From Nitrosococcus oceani ATCC 19707 (GTDB taxonomy: Bacteria > Pseudomonadota > Gammaproteobacteria > Nitrosococcales > Nitrosococcaceae), in contig NC_007484.1 in assembly GCF_000012805.1 (NCBI RefSeq), positions 570,001 through 602,000 of the forward strand: a DNA stretch of 32,000 bases. Direction: 5' to 3'. The notes beneath the pieces were generated by a model. The model ran no database searches. It saw only the letters and a list, made by a program, of their open reading frames with translations, and was not told the origin of the DNA. Positions 8,258 to 16,865 of this stretch are shown piece after piece. How positions within the stretch are numbered: the first letter of the stretch is position 1; each line of letters opens with the position of its first letter. The position numbers and the translations under genes are program-made.

Positions 8258-9740
8258 AGCAAGCCTTGCTTTGGCTTTGTGGCTGCTATTCTCGGGATGC
8301 TTGGCCGATTCCGCGGTGATCGTTGGCTCCAAGAAGTTTACGGAATCCATTCTTTTGGGTGAGCTGGTAGTTCAGCAGATACGGAGTGCGGGCGTGAACG
8401 CGATCCATCGCCGGGAACTGGGGGGATCGCGGGTTCTTTGGAACGCCTTGCTGACCGGTGAAATCGATATTTATCCTGAATATACTGGCACGCTCTATTA
8501 CGAAATTTTTTCCCGGCAGGTGACCGAAGAAGCCGAACTGCGCCGCCTTTTAGTGGCCCAGGGAATTGAGATGAGCCGTCCCTTGGGATTCAATAATACG
8601 TATGCTTTGGGAATGAAAGAAGCGGTTGCCGAGCGGCTCAATATTCGTAAGATTTCAGATCTGGTTAGACATCCAGAGCTAGTGCTGGGATTTAGTAATG
8701 AGTTTATGGCCCGGGCTGACGGATGGCCGGGTCTGCGTACTCGCTATGGGTTGCCCCAACGCCAGGTCAGCGGATTGGATCATGATCTCGCTTACCGGGG
8801 ACTAGCGCAGGGTTCCTTGCAGGTGATTGATCTCTACTCGACCGATGCTGAAATTGATTATTATGGATTGCGCGTACTAGAAGATGATCGTCATTACTTT
8901 CCCGACTATAAAGCCCTATTGCTTTACCGGCGTGACTTGCTGAAACAGGCGCCAGAGGCAGTGACTGCCTTACATTCTTTGGAGGGGCGCCTTGATTCGG
9001 CAAGCATGGCCGCCATGAATGCCCAGGTTAAGCTGGAGCGCGTCCCCGATTTCCAGGTAGCCGGAAATTTTCTGGAACAAACTTTTGGCCATCGCCCGCA
9101 AGCCTCTCCGGTAACCGCCTGGCAGCGTTTTTACCGCCATACCAAGGAGCACTTGGTTTTGGTCGGCATTTCCCTGACAAGCGCCATTGTTGTCGCCATC
9201 CCGCTCGGAGTTATCGCAGCCTACCGGCCCCGGCTAGGGTCGATTATCTTGAGTATAGCGGGGATTATTCAAACTATTCCCGCGCTGGCCTTGCTGGTTT
9301 TCATGATTCCTCTCCTTGGCATTGGCGGTCCGCCGGCGGTTGTGGCCTTATTCCTGTACAGTCTTTTACCCATCCTGCGCAATACCCATACCGGGTTGCA
9401 TGATATTTCCCCTCAGCTTCGAGAATCGGCAGTAGCGCTGGGTCTTTCAACGGGGGCCAGGCTGCGTTTAGTGGAACTGCCCATGGCCTCCCGCGCTATT
9501 TTGGCGGGTATTAAAACCTCAGCGGTGATCAATGTGGGCACGGCTACCCTGGGTGCTTTAATCGGCGCCGGGGGATATGGGCAACCTATATTGACTGGAA
9601 TTCGCTTGGATGACGTGAGTCTTATTTTGGAAGGAGCCATTCCTGCCGCCGGACTGGCCATGCTGGTGCAAGGGCTGTTTGAGTGGGCGGATCGAGCCAT
9701 AGTCCCTAAAGGGCTGCGGTTGGCAGAGCGGAAAAGATAA
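8235..9740 (+). CDS. Fused substrate-binding protein / permease of the osmoprotectant (OpuC/OsmX-type) ABC transporter
   Basis: The N-terminal half has a lipoprotein-like LFSGC and VIVGSKKFTESILLGE...IDIYPEYTGT (OpuAC-type SBP). The C-terminal half is a BPD-type permease (several TM helices and an EAA-like loop). The start could be ATG 8235 or GTG 8250; both overlap the upstream stop. Confidence 0.85.
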   Translation: MEGRTVNKASLALALWLLFSGCLADSAVIVGSKKFTESILLGELVVQQIRSAGVNAIHRRELGGSRVLWNALLTGEIDIYPEYTGTLYYEIFSRQVTEEAELRRLLVAQGIEMSRPLGFNNTYALGMKEAVAERLNIRKISDLVRHPELVLGFSNEFMARADGWPGLRTRYGLPQRQVSGLDHDLAYRGLAQGSLQVIDLYSTDAEIDYYGLRVLEDDRHYFPDYKALLLYRRDLLKQAPEAVTALHSLEGRLDSASMAAMNAQVKLERVPDFQVAGNFLEQTFGHRPQASPVTAWQRFYRHTKEHLVLVGISLTSAIVVAIPLGVIAAYRPRLGSIILSIAGIIQTIPALALLVFMIPLLGIGGPPAVVALFLYSLLPILRNTHTGLHDISPQLRESAVALGLSTGARLRLVELPMASRAILAGIKTSAVINVGTATLGALIGAGGYGQPILTGIRLDDVSLILEGAIPAAGLAMLVQGLFEWADRAIVPKGLRLAERKR

Positions 9741-9760
9741 GTATTTTAGCAAAAATTTTG

Positions 9761-10035
9761 AGAAAAGCACGGTTGGTTTCGCGCTGCCCTGCTCACCCGC
9801 AGGCGGGGGCAGCCGTCCCTGCAAGACGGACGGCCATTGGCGCTGTGCCCATGAAAAACACCATTATTTTGCGGGTGGGTTAGAAAAAGCCTCAAGCGGT
9901 GGGTGCCGTGCATCCGTAGAGAAGGCTGAAGTACGGCATTTCCCGTATTTCTGAGGAAAAATACGGGAAATGCCGTACTTTTATCCCTGATTCTGGGGGC
10001 TTCGTAGGTAAGTTCCTGCTTGTTTTGATAAAAAA
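9761..10035. repeat. Palindrome-rich GC-rich insertion-like segment bounded by imperfect direct repeats of about 19 bp
   Basis: Flanks TATTTTAGCAAAAATTTTG (9742-9760) and TATTTAGCATAAATTTTG (10036-10053) differ by one indel and one mismatch. The interior holds at least three palindromes: CCCGC/GCGGG near 9796, GCCGTCC..GGACGGC at 9813-9836, and a 20-bp stem at 9931-9978. Confidence 0.4.
9931..9982 (+). terminator. Perfect 20-bp-stem hairpin followed by TTTT (candidate intrinsic terminator of the ABC operon)
   Basis: GTACGGCATTTCCCGTATTT (9931-9950), 8-nt loop, AAATACGGGAAATGCCGTAC (9959-9978), then TTTTAT. There is no U-run on the opposite strand. Confidence 0.45.
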
Positions 10036-10105
10036 TATTTAGCATAAATTTTGCTATTTATTAAGTTTGACTGCTCAGCTTAATAAATCTATCAGGGGAA
10101 AAATA

Positions 10106-12262
10106 ATGCTTAAAAGAACGCCCATTTTCGTCCTCGTAGCTACCGCCTGCGCTGCCTCCCCGTTGCTTGCCCAGGATGAAGAGGTGACCTTGCCGGAGCT
10201 TGAGGTGGTGGGACAACCGGTTGAGCGTGCGGGGGTAGAAGCAGAAAATAAGCCTTTCGCCACGCCTGATACGGCCGATTTGCTGAGGCGGGTCCCTGGC
10301 GCTAATGTCAATGCGAATGGACCGATAGCAGGTATGGTGCAATACCGGGGGATGTTTGGGCCGCGAATGAACGTGCGGATAAATGGTACGCCTATTGAAT
10401 CAGGAGGACCTAATTGGATGGACCCGCCACTGAGCTACGCGCCTCGCAGCCTGGTAGAGTCAATAGAGGTTACCCGGGGGGTTGGGTCGGTCAGTACGGG
10501 TTCTGGAATCGGCGGCTATGTTGAAGCCAAAACCAAGTCCAGCCATTTTACCGGCAGCGAGCAATTTGAATTTCACAGCGATGTTGATATAGCAGGCCAT
10601 TCCGTCGATGGTGGTTATAATTTGGGGGGTATTTTGTCTTTGTCCAATGATCGTCATCGGTTACATTTTCTTGGTAGCCGGGATGATGGTGGCGATACTG
10701 AATTTGGCGACGGCACTATCAAGGCCACCGAGTACGAACGGAATACTTATGGCGCTGGGTACGGTTTTAAAACAGGCGATCATGAATTTAGCGCTGACTA
10801 TCAACGTCTGGATACCGAGAATAGTGGCACCCCAAGCCTGCCTATGGATATTAGCTTCATCAGGACCAATCGGGCAGGAGGTAAATATACGGGGTTTTGG
10901 AACGATATCCAGCTAGAAACCCGGTTCGGCTATTCTGATGTGGATCATCAAATGAATAATTTTAGGTTGCGGCAAGCCGCTAATTTTTGCGCTCTACCGG
11001 CCCCCTTTTGCCAGGGCGATGATAAACGTTTGGTGAATGCTGGCAGTGAAGATTTCAACTACGGCCTTAAGGCCACCTTCGCCCTCTGGGGTGGCGATCT
11101 AGCCATAGGCGCCGATGGCCATGCCGCGCAGCACAACGCGACTGTCTTGGATCCTGATTTTGCGCCCTTTTTCGTGACTAATTTTAACAATGCGCAAATA
11201 AATAAGTATGGCTTCTTTAGTGAATGGACCAAGGAGATTTATTCTAACTGGGAACTCCAGCTTGGAGCCCGTTATGATCGGGTAGAGATGGATGCGGATG
11301 GGGTCAACGCCTTTCCCGCTCAGCTTGCCGACAGGGGCATGGGGGGGATGCCGGCGCAGATGATACAAATGCTCAGGAATCGATTCAATGGCGCCGATCG
11401 TGGGCAAAACAACAACAATGTGGACTGGGTCGCCGAGCTCAGCTACCAAATGAATTCCGCTCTTCGCTGGACTTTCGGCGCGGCGCGGAAGATGCGCTCG
11501 CCAACTTACATTCAACGTTATCTCTGGATTCCCCTGGAAGTCAATGCGGGTCTTGGGGACGGGAATGCCTATGTGGGTAATGTAGCGCTTGATCCGGAGA
11601 CTTCCCATGAATTGGGATTTGGCTTTGATTGGCAGACTCAGGCTGCCTACTTTTCGCCGCAAGCCTACTACCGCCGGGTCGATGATTATATTCAAGGGAC
11701 TCCAGCCGCCGATCCCGTGGTGATTGCAGTCAGCACCAATGCTGCTGGGGACGCCACCCCCCTTCAATTTAGCAATGTGGATGCTGAAATTTACGGCCTT
11801 GATGCTGATTTTGGCTACCGCTTCCATCCCCGATGGCGGCTGGATGGGGTGGCGAGTTATGTCCGAGGTAAACGGCGGGATATTAATGATAACCTGTATC
11901 GTATTGCTCCGCCCAATTTGCGTCTTTCCCTGACTCATGAGCGGATTCATTGGTTTACCACCGTTGAAAGCGTGCTAGTTTATCGGCAGGAAAATATTTC
12001 AGATACTAATACTTTGGACCCGGGAAACGCCAACAATACAAATGAAGCGACTCCAGGCTATGTCCTGGTTAATCTTTATGGACAATACCGGTTGCTTAAT
12101 CAAGGCATTACCTTCACCGCGGGAATCAATAACTTGCTCGACAAAACGTATACTAACCACCTAACGGGCTTTAACCGGGTGCTCAATAGCGATGTCTCCC
12201 AAGGACGGCGTTTACCTGGACCTGGACGCAACTTCTATGCTGCTTTGCGTTATGAGTTTTAG
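10106..12262 (+). CDS. TonB-dependent outer-membrane receptor (substrate unknown)
   Basis: ATG at 10106 and signal peptide MLKRTPIFVLVATACAASPLLAQ. Plug-domain motifs (VRINGTP, IEVTRG), a long beta-barrel, and a C-terminal ...GRNFYAALRYEF ending in an aromatic residue. Confidence 0.9.
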   Translation: MLKRTPIFVLVATACAASPLLAQDEEVTLPELEVVGQPVERAGVEAENKPFATPDTADLLRRVPGANVNANGPIAGMVQYRGMFGPRMNVRINGTPIESGGPNWMDPPLSYAPRSLVESIEVTRGVGSVSTGSGIGGYVEAKTKSSHFTGSEQFEFHSDVDIAGHSVDGGYNLGGILSLSNDRHRLHFLGSRDDGGDTEFGDGTIKATEYERNTYGAGYGFKTGDHEFSADYQRLDTENSGTPSLPMDISFIRTNRAGGKYTGFWNDIQLETRFGYSDVDHQMNNFRLRQAANFCALPAPFCQGDDKRLVNAGSEDFNYGLKATFALWGGDLAIGADGHAAQHNATVLDPDFAPFFVTNFNNAQINKYGFFSEWTKEIYSNWELQLGARYDRVEMDADGVNAFPAQLADRGMGGMPAQMIQMLRNRFNGADRGQNNNNVDWVAELSYQMNSALRWTFGAARKMRSPTYIQRYLWIPLEVNAGLGDGNAYVGNVALDPETSHELGFGFDWQTQAAYFSPQAYYRRVDDYIQGTPAADPVVIAVSTNAAGDATPLQFSNVDAEIYGLDADFGYRFHPRWRLDGVASYVRGKRRDINDNLYRIAPPNLRLSLTHERIHWFTTVESVLVYRQENISDTNTLDPGNANNTNEATPGYVLVNLYGQYRLLNQGITFTAGINNLLDKTYTNHLTGFNRVLNSDVSQGRRLPGPGRNFYAALRYEF

Positions 12263-12317
12263 TTTGATGAGTCGATACGGGGGAGAGGATTCTGGCCGTG
12301 AACGGCAGATCCACGTA

Positions 12318-13299
12318 TTAATTTCTAGGCAGAAAGCGTAAAAGGTTTTGATAGGTGGTAAAACCCCAGAGAAGAAGCGATATACCCCATAAAAAAATTG
12401 CAACCCCATTAAGGAAGGAAAACAGGGGGTTTTGGGCAGTTAAAAATATCGCAATCCCAAAAGCAGCAATAGGAAAAACGAAGGCCCAAAACCCGAGGGT
12501 AAAAGGAATATTTTTCTCTTTTACATAACGGACCATGATAAGGGCCGCTAGTATTGCCCAAAAACAACCATAGCCGATGACAAAAGGGACATACACATGA
12601 ATAAAAGGAGAAAGATTATTTTGCAAACTATCTAGTTGCGGAAAATGGTCTAAGGCTTTTTCCAGGCTTAATAAGGCAATTACGGAAACGCCTGGCGGCG
12701 CCAATGGTACCGCTAAAGCGGGGGCCATTTCCCGAAGGGGAGGAGGACAACAATATAGCTGGTGAAAAAGTAAAGAGAGCATTAAAAAATAGGAAAAAAA
12801 AGCTATACCTAGCGCGAAGACATGGAATATTAGCAGGGAGTGGCCGATAAAGTCTGGAAAATGGGCAATCAAGAAATTGCCGGCAAAAATATTTACGAAA
12901 AGACCCGCGGGCGGTAAAAGCCAAGCACCATTTGCCTGGGTTATTTCGATTGTTTGTGAAACGGAGAAACTATAAGAAATCAAAGCTAACAAGTGTCCTA
13001 AGTGAGGATCGAAACTAAAGAGTCCAAGCGGAAACATCACGTTGGATATAGCGGTGCTTAGTAAAAAAATAGGAGACGAAGTAGAAAAAAGACGAAACAA
13101 AGGATGAATATAAAAAAAGCCAGCAAAATGAATTCCACGGCAAGATAGTCGAGGAAAATAAACTGGAGATGCCGCCCGATAAGGTAGGAGAAAATACCCG
13201 TTGCGCCTGTCGCCATGGAAGCCATAAACCAGTGGATGTCAAAGCGGCCGAGAAATTCAATCTTTGCATGATGGAGGCAAATTGATGAGGTTGATCCAT
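12318..13299 (-). pseudogene. TDT/SLAC1 (TehA/Mae1-like) anion transporter gene split by a frameshift
   Basis: The C-terminal 260 aa (12318-13100) include FTLGFWAFVFPIAAFG. The N-terminal segment FLGRFDIHWFMASMATGATGI is in another frame that stops at 13058-13060. Adding one base to the A7 run at 13063-13069 (T7 on the coding strand) joins the frames (...LLFFLLSTAISNVMFP...). The start is ambiguous (ATG 13299 in a third frame, ATG 13330 inside a REP). Confidence 0.6.
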
Positions 13300-13318
13300 C
13301 TTTTTGAGGACAGAACCA

Positions 13319-13344
13319 GGGCGGACACATAGGTCCGCCCCTAC
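13319..13344. repeat. REP-type palindrome with CTAC/GTAG tail, just downstream of the RAYT stop
   Basis: GGGCGGAC-acatag-GTCCGCCC followed by CTAC. An 8-bp perfect stem, and a near-identical copy of the unit inside the RAYT gene. Confidence 0.7.
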
Positions 13345-13365
13345 AAATGATTTGGCAGATTCCCG

Positions 13366-14031
13366 TTAGGCCGGGTTTACGAATAATTTGTCGGATTCCC
13401 ATTGGACTGGATTGTTGCGGATATAGTCGCGGATACGGTCCAATTCTGTTTCATTACGGACGATGCGTTCCCAATAATTACGCTGCCACAATTTGCCGGG
13501 AAATGATGGCCATCCATTTTGTTTGACGCCACGAATATATTCGTTGGTCGTCATGGTCTTGAACCATTGCACCACGCCATGTAGGGGCGAACCTACGTGT
13601 TCGCCCTTGTTGATTGTGGGTACGGCATCCGGGCGGACACACAGGTCAGGGCGGACACACAGGTCAGGGCGGACACACAGGTCAGGGCGGACACACAGGT
13701 CAGGGCGGACACACAGGTCAGGGCGGACACACAGGTCAGGGCGGACACACAGGTCCGCCCCTACGGCGTTTACCACAATGAAATGCACGTGGTTGGGCAT
13801 GCAAATGAATTCATCACATGCAATAGCCGGAAATTTGTTGGGTAATTCGGCGTACCATCGCAGGATCGTCAAACCAGCATCATTCAATTGCATTTCGCCG
13901 GCCACGATGTTGCCGAACAGGCACGCGCGGTTTTGGGTACAGACGGTCACGAAATACGCGCCTGCCTGATCGTAGTCGTATCCCTGTAACCGTATGGATC
14001 GGCGATGATGGATTTCCGGATTGTAGGTCAT
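13366..14031 (-). CDS. REP-associated tyrosine transposase (RAYT, IS200/IS605-like Y1 HUH family)
   Basis: MTYNPEIHHRRSIRLQGYDYDQAGAYFVTVCT, the HUH motif MPNHVHFIVV, and C-terminal WQRNYWERIVRNETELDRIRDYIRNNP. Start taken at ATG 14031; the track's longer ORF (to 14139) overlaps the helicase stop and looks like an extension. Confidence 0.8.
   Translation of the reverse strand: MTYNPEIHHRRSIRLQGYDYDQAGAYFVTVCTQNRACLFGNIVAGEMQLNDAGLTILRWYAELPNKFPAIACDEFICMPNHVHFIVVNAVGADLCVRPDLCVRPDLCVRPDLCVRPDLCVRPDLCVRPDLCVRPDAVPTINKGEHVGSPLHGVVQWFKTMTTNEYIRGVKQNGWPSFPGKLWQRNYWERIVRNETELDRIRDYIRNNPVQWESDKLFVNPA
13581..13606. repeat. Inverted-orientation REP-like palindrome inside the RAYT CDS
   Basis: GTAG-GGGCGAAC-ctacgt-GTTCGCCC. 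It encodes the GEHVGSPLH segment on the minus strand and forms a head-to-head pair with the palindrome at 13739-13764. Confidence 0.6.
13631..13764. repeat. Seven tandem 18-bp units (GGGCGGACACACAGGTCA); the last unit closes into a REP palindrome plus CTAC
   Basis: Units start at 13631, 13649, 13667, 13685, 13703, 13721 and 13739. Six are identical, and the seventh ends GTCC-GCCC-CTAC, completing GGGCGGAC/GTCCGCCC. They are in frame and translate as (DLCVRP)x7 within the RAYT. Confidence 0.95.
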
Positions 14032-14132
14032 CCCTTTGTCCCGTGTGGCAGATTGCCGGCAATGCCCCCAATGAAATTCCTGAACAGCCAGAAGAAATAC
14101 GCCCCCCCTGCCTGTAAGCCCCCGGCTTTTAT

Positions 14133-16865
14133 TTACCACCCTTGCCCCATGAGATTAACCAAATCCCGGCGGGCAAAAACCTTCGCGCAGTTGCGCCAGC
14201 TATCCTCGCCCGGCTCCAGGGTAGCATTGTAACGGAGGTCGAAACCAGTCGCCTGCCGGCGCGCCTCGATATAGCGATCCATTTCCTCCCCCAGCCGGGT
14301 GATATCCTCGATCCATTCGTCTTTAAGGGTATCAGGCAACGCGCCAAAGAGATCGTAGCGGTCGCGCATGCGCTCGGAAAGCCGTTCGTAAATCGTCTCA
14401 TCCACGGTGCCTTGATAAACCAGGTTCAGCATATCCACGTTCTCCCGGAGTTGGCCTAGCCGCTTGATACGACCGAGGCGCTGTTCCAATCGGGTGGGAT
14501 TCCACGGTAAATCCACATTGATAAGGGTGCCGAGCATCTGGAGATTGAGCCCTTCGCAGGCCGCATCGGTGGCTACCATCAGGCGGACTTCCCGCTCCGC
14601 CACCAGGCGTTTAAGGGGCTCGCGTTCCATCTGAACGGTCTCCCCCCCATGGTAGAGACGGCTTTTGCCCGCGCCGGCGTAAAGCCCGATCCGCTCCTGG
14701 GGGAAGAGATCCGCTAGCTTCCCGGCCACCCAGGCGGCCGTGTCGTAGTATTGGCTGAAAATGATGCAGCCATGATTCAGCCAGCCTTCGACGGTAAGAT
14801 AATGGCGGATGGCCTTGAGCTTGGGGTCCTCGGCCAGGGCACGCAGCGGTGCCGCCAGCACCTGGAGTTCATTGCGCTCGGCTTGGGTTTGCATTGTTAG
14901 ATCGCCTTCTTGCTCGTCCTGGGTTTCCTGTTCGGTCCGCCCGGCGAGCATACGCTCTGCGGTCGCCAGCCCCGCCACGCAACTGGAGCAAACACGCTGG
15001 CGCAGGAGGTTTTTCATAAACCCCATCCCCTGGCCCCGCTGCCCCAATACCCTGGAGAAAGCCTCCGCTCCTTTATAGGCCCTATCAAATGCCTCACCGG
15101 TGCGTAGGGCACGGTCCGCGAATAAAACCGAGAAGGCCGAAGGATCACGGCTCAGGCGCCGCTCGGGATGAACATTGACCCCAATCCGCGGCAGCAACGC
15201 CTTCGCCTCCAGGGTGCGGCGCTGGCGCAGGACCGTATGCCGGACGATGGGGTTATGGCGTTGGAAAAAATAAGTTCCTTCTCTTTCCTCGTGGAGGACA
15301 TCCTCCAAGTCTTCCCGGATATCCTTGGGCAGATTCACCACCGGTACGCGGGCCTCGTAGCGCTGGTCTGGCATGGCCAGTTCCAGGCGGATATCCCGGA
15401 GTAGCCGACGCAACGACCCTTCCGCCGAGGAGGAAACCGGTGGCAACGGCGAGCGCAGCAGCGCCCAGCCTTGCTCTTCATCGGTGACCCGCTCCTGCCC
15501 GGTGAGTACCGGCAGCACCCGATCTGGGTGGTGCCAGGGGCCCAGATCCTCCCCCAACACAAACCGGCCTTCCCCCTGATGAAGAATGCCCATGAGATCC
15601 CACAGATCCTCTGGCCGGGTTTGAATCGGGGTGGCGGTCCCCAGCAAGACATGCCGGGCCCGCCCGGCGGCGGCCCGCATAAATTTGAGCAGTTCATTGG
15701 GCGCGCCGGCGTTCTTGCCCAGCCCCTGCCGGGTCCGGGCCTTATGGGCTTCATCCAGCACCAGAAGTTCAAACGTCAGGTTGCCGAGGAATTCCCGCTC
15801 CTGGGTAGGTTGGGTTAACAGGCCGGTAGAAATAATGCCCATCCGAAAGGGGCAGCGCCCAATCTGCGCCGCCCCCTTGGGAGAAACGGGTCGAGCTTCC
15901 GGGTCCAGCCAGATCTTGCCCTGGGAGTCCCAGCGGCCACAGGGTAGGCCGAGTTTATCCATCACTTCCGTTTGCCACTGCTCAATCAGGGTGGCCGGGG
16001 CAAAAATTGCTACTAGTTTGCGCCCCTTGCCCGCCTGCTCGGCTAGCAAGCACAAGGCGACCGCCGCCGTTCCCAGGGACAGGGTTTTTCCCAGGCCCAC
16101 CTCATCCGCCAGCAGCAGGCGTACAGCGGGATAGGCCCGGTAGTGATTCAAGCACTCGGCGATAAACCCTTGCTGCCAGGGTTGCAGGGAAAATCCCTCC
16201 CGGTAGAGGGGCGACTCGGCCAGGGCCGCCGGGGCCATCTCTTCCGGGGTAACCCTATCGTCCAAGGGAATCTCAACCCGGCGGGCGTGCCGTCCCACCT
16301 CTTGAATCACCGCCTCCGGCAGGGGCTTGGCCGCTTGCCAGAGGTGGGCGAACTCCGCCTCGATCCAGGCAACGCCCTCCGGTGAATCGTCTTCCCAAAG
16401 GATTTCATAATGGGTTTGCCAGCCCTGGCGGGTCTCGTTCATGGAGCCGATAAAGCCCACCTTGCGGCCATCGGCCCGCTCGATTACCCCGGCCTTGCCG
16501 TGGAGGAACCCGCAGACGGTATTAGGCGCTACCCAGATCATCGGGCCACGGGCGGTCAGGAAAGCATGGAGCTGGCGGTAGCGATCCCGATTAAGCAGGG
16601 CGTCGGCCTCGACCGCCTGCTCGTGCCAGCGCCCCAGCAGCCGGATTTCCCGGACTTTCGCTACCCGCAGGTCCTCGGGGGAGAGATCCCCATTGCAAAC
16701 GATGCGAACCTCGGGAATCTCCCTCAGCCATTCCCCGGCGACCTCAAACAGTGAGCTGGTGAAATAGCCGGCAATGCGCCGGTAGGCCCGCGCTCCTTGT
16801 AAGTGCTCGGCCAGAAAACTCTGGTCCAGGCGGGTAGTCCGGGAAGAGAAGCGCCAGAGGGTCAC
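14133..16865 (-). CDS. PLD-family nuclease domain fused to an SNF2-family helicase
   Basis: N-terminal HKD-type motif FLHGKAGVIE...GFIGSMNET. SNF2 motifs: I LLADEVGLGKT, II LVLDEAHKAR, III LLGTATPIQTRPEDLW, V-VI MVATDAACEGLNLQ...WNPTRLEQRLGRIKRLGQ. The GTG start overlaps the methylase stop (GTGA, 16862-16865). Confidence 0.9.
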   Translation of the reverse strand: MTLWRFSSRTTRLDQSFLAEHLQGARAYRRIAGYFTSSLFEVAGEWLREIPEVRIVCNGDLSPEDLRVAKVREIRLLGRWHEQAVEADALLNRDRYRQLHAFLTARGPMIWVAPNTVCGFLHGKAGVIERADGRKVGFIGSMNETRQGWQTHYEILWEDDSPEGVAWIEAEFAHLWQAAKPLPEAVIQEVGRHARRVEIPLDDRVTPEEMAPAALAESPLYREGFSLQPWQQGFIAECLNHYRAYPAVRLLLADEVGLGKTLSLGTAAVALCLLAEQAGKGRKLVAIFAPATLIEQWQTEVMDKLGLPCGRWDSQGKIWLDPEARPVSPKGAAQIGRCPFRMGIISTGLLTQPTQEREFLGNLTFELLVLDEAHKARTRQGLGKNAGAPNELLKFMRAAAGRARHVLLGTATPIQTRPEDLWDLMGILHQGEGRFVLGEDLGPWHHPDRVLPVLTGQERVTDEEQGWALLRSPLPPVSSSAEGSLRRLLRDIRLELAMPDQRYEARVPVVNLPKDIREDLEDVLHEEREGTYFFQRHNPIVRHTVLRQRRTLEAKALLPRIGVNVHPERRLSRDPSAFSVLFADRALRTGEAFDRAYKGAEAFSRVLGQRGQGMGFMKNLLRQRVCSSCVAGLATAERMLAGRTEQETQDEQEGDLTMQTQAERNELQVLAAPLRALAEDPKLKAIRHYLTVEGWLNHGCIIFSQYYDTAAWVAGKLADLFPQERIGLYAGAGKSRLYHGGETVQMEREPLKRLVAEREVRLMVATDAACEGLNLQMLGTLINVDLPWNPTRLEQRLGRIKRLGQLRENVDMLNLVYQGTVDETIYERLSERMRDRYDLFGALPDTLKDEWIEDITRLGEEMDRYIEARRQATGFDLRYNATLEPGEDSWRNCAKVFARRDLVNLMGQGW

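Noticed and set aside
9746-10045. A 99-aa minus-strand ORF in the ABC-receptor spacer
   Set aside because: It is simply a translation across stacked GC-rich palindromes and the 20-bp hairpin. It has no RBS or recognisable domain, and the region is better explained as a repeat or insertion-like element.
11099-11950. A 283-aa minus-strand ORF inside the TonB-dependent receptor gene
   Set aside because: It is antisense to a gene with a clear signal peptide, plug and barrel motifs and a C-terminal aromatic residue. Its translation has no recognisable motif and no RBS context.
13631-13756. Regular short repeats that might look like a CRISPR array
   Set aside because: The 18-bp units are directly adjacent with no spacers, lie inside an ORF and keep its frame, and no cas genes are present. 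This is a tandem repeat derived from a REP palindrome, not a CRISPR array.
14032-14139. The longer version of the RAYT ORF (start at 14139), and likewise the upstream starts at 954, 10067, 30407 and 8208
   Set aside because: The extensions add non-conserved residues, lack ribosome-binding sites and/or overlap the preceding gene. Internal ATG codons with RBS-like sequences give N-termini that match the family patterns or signal peptides.
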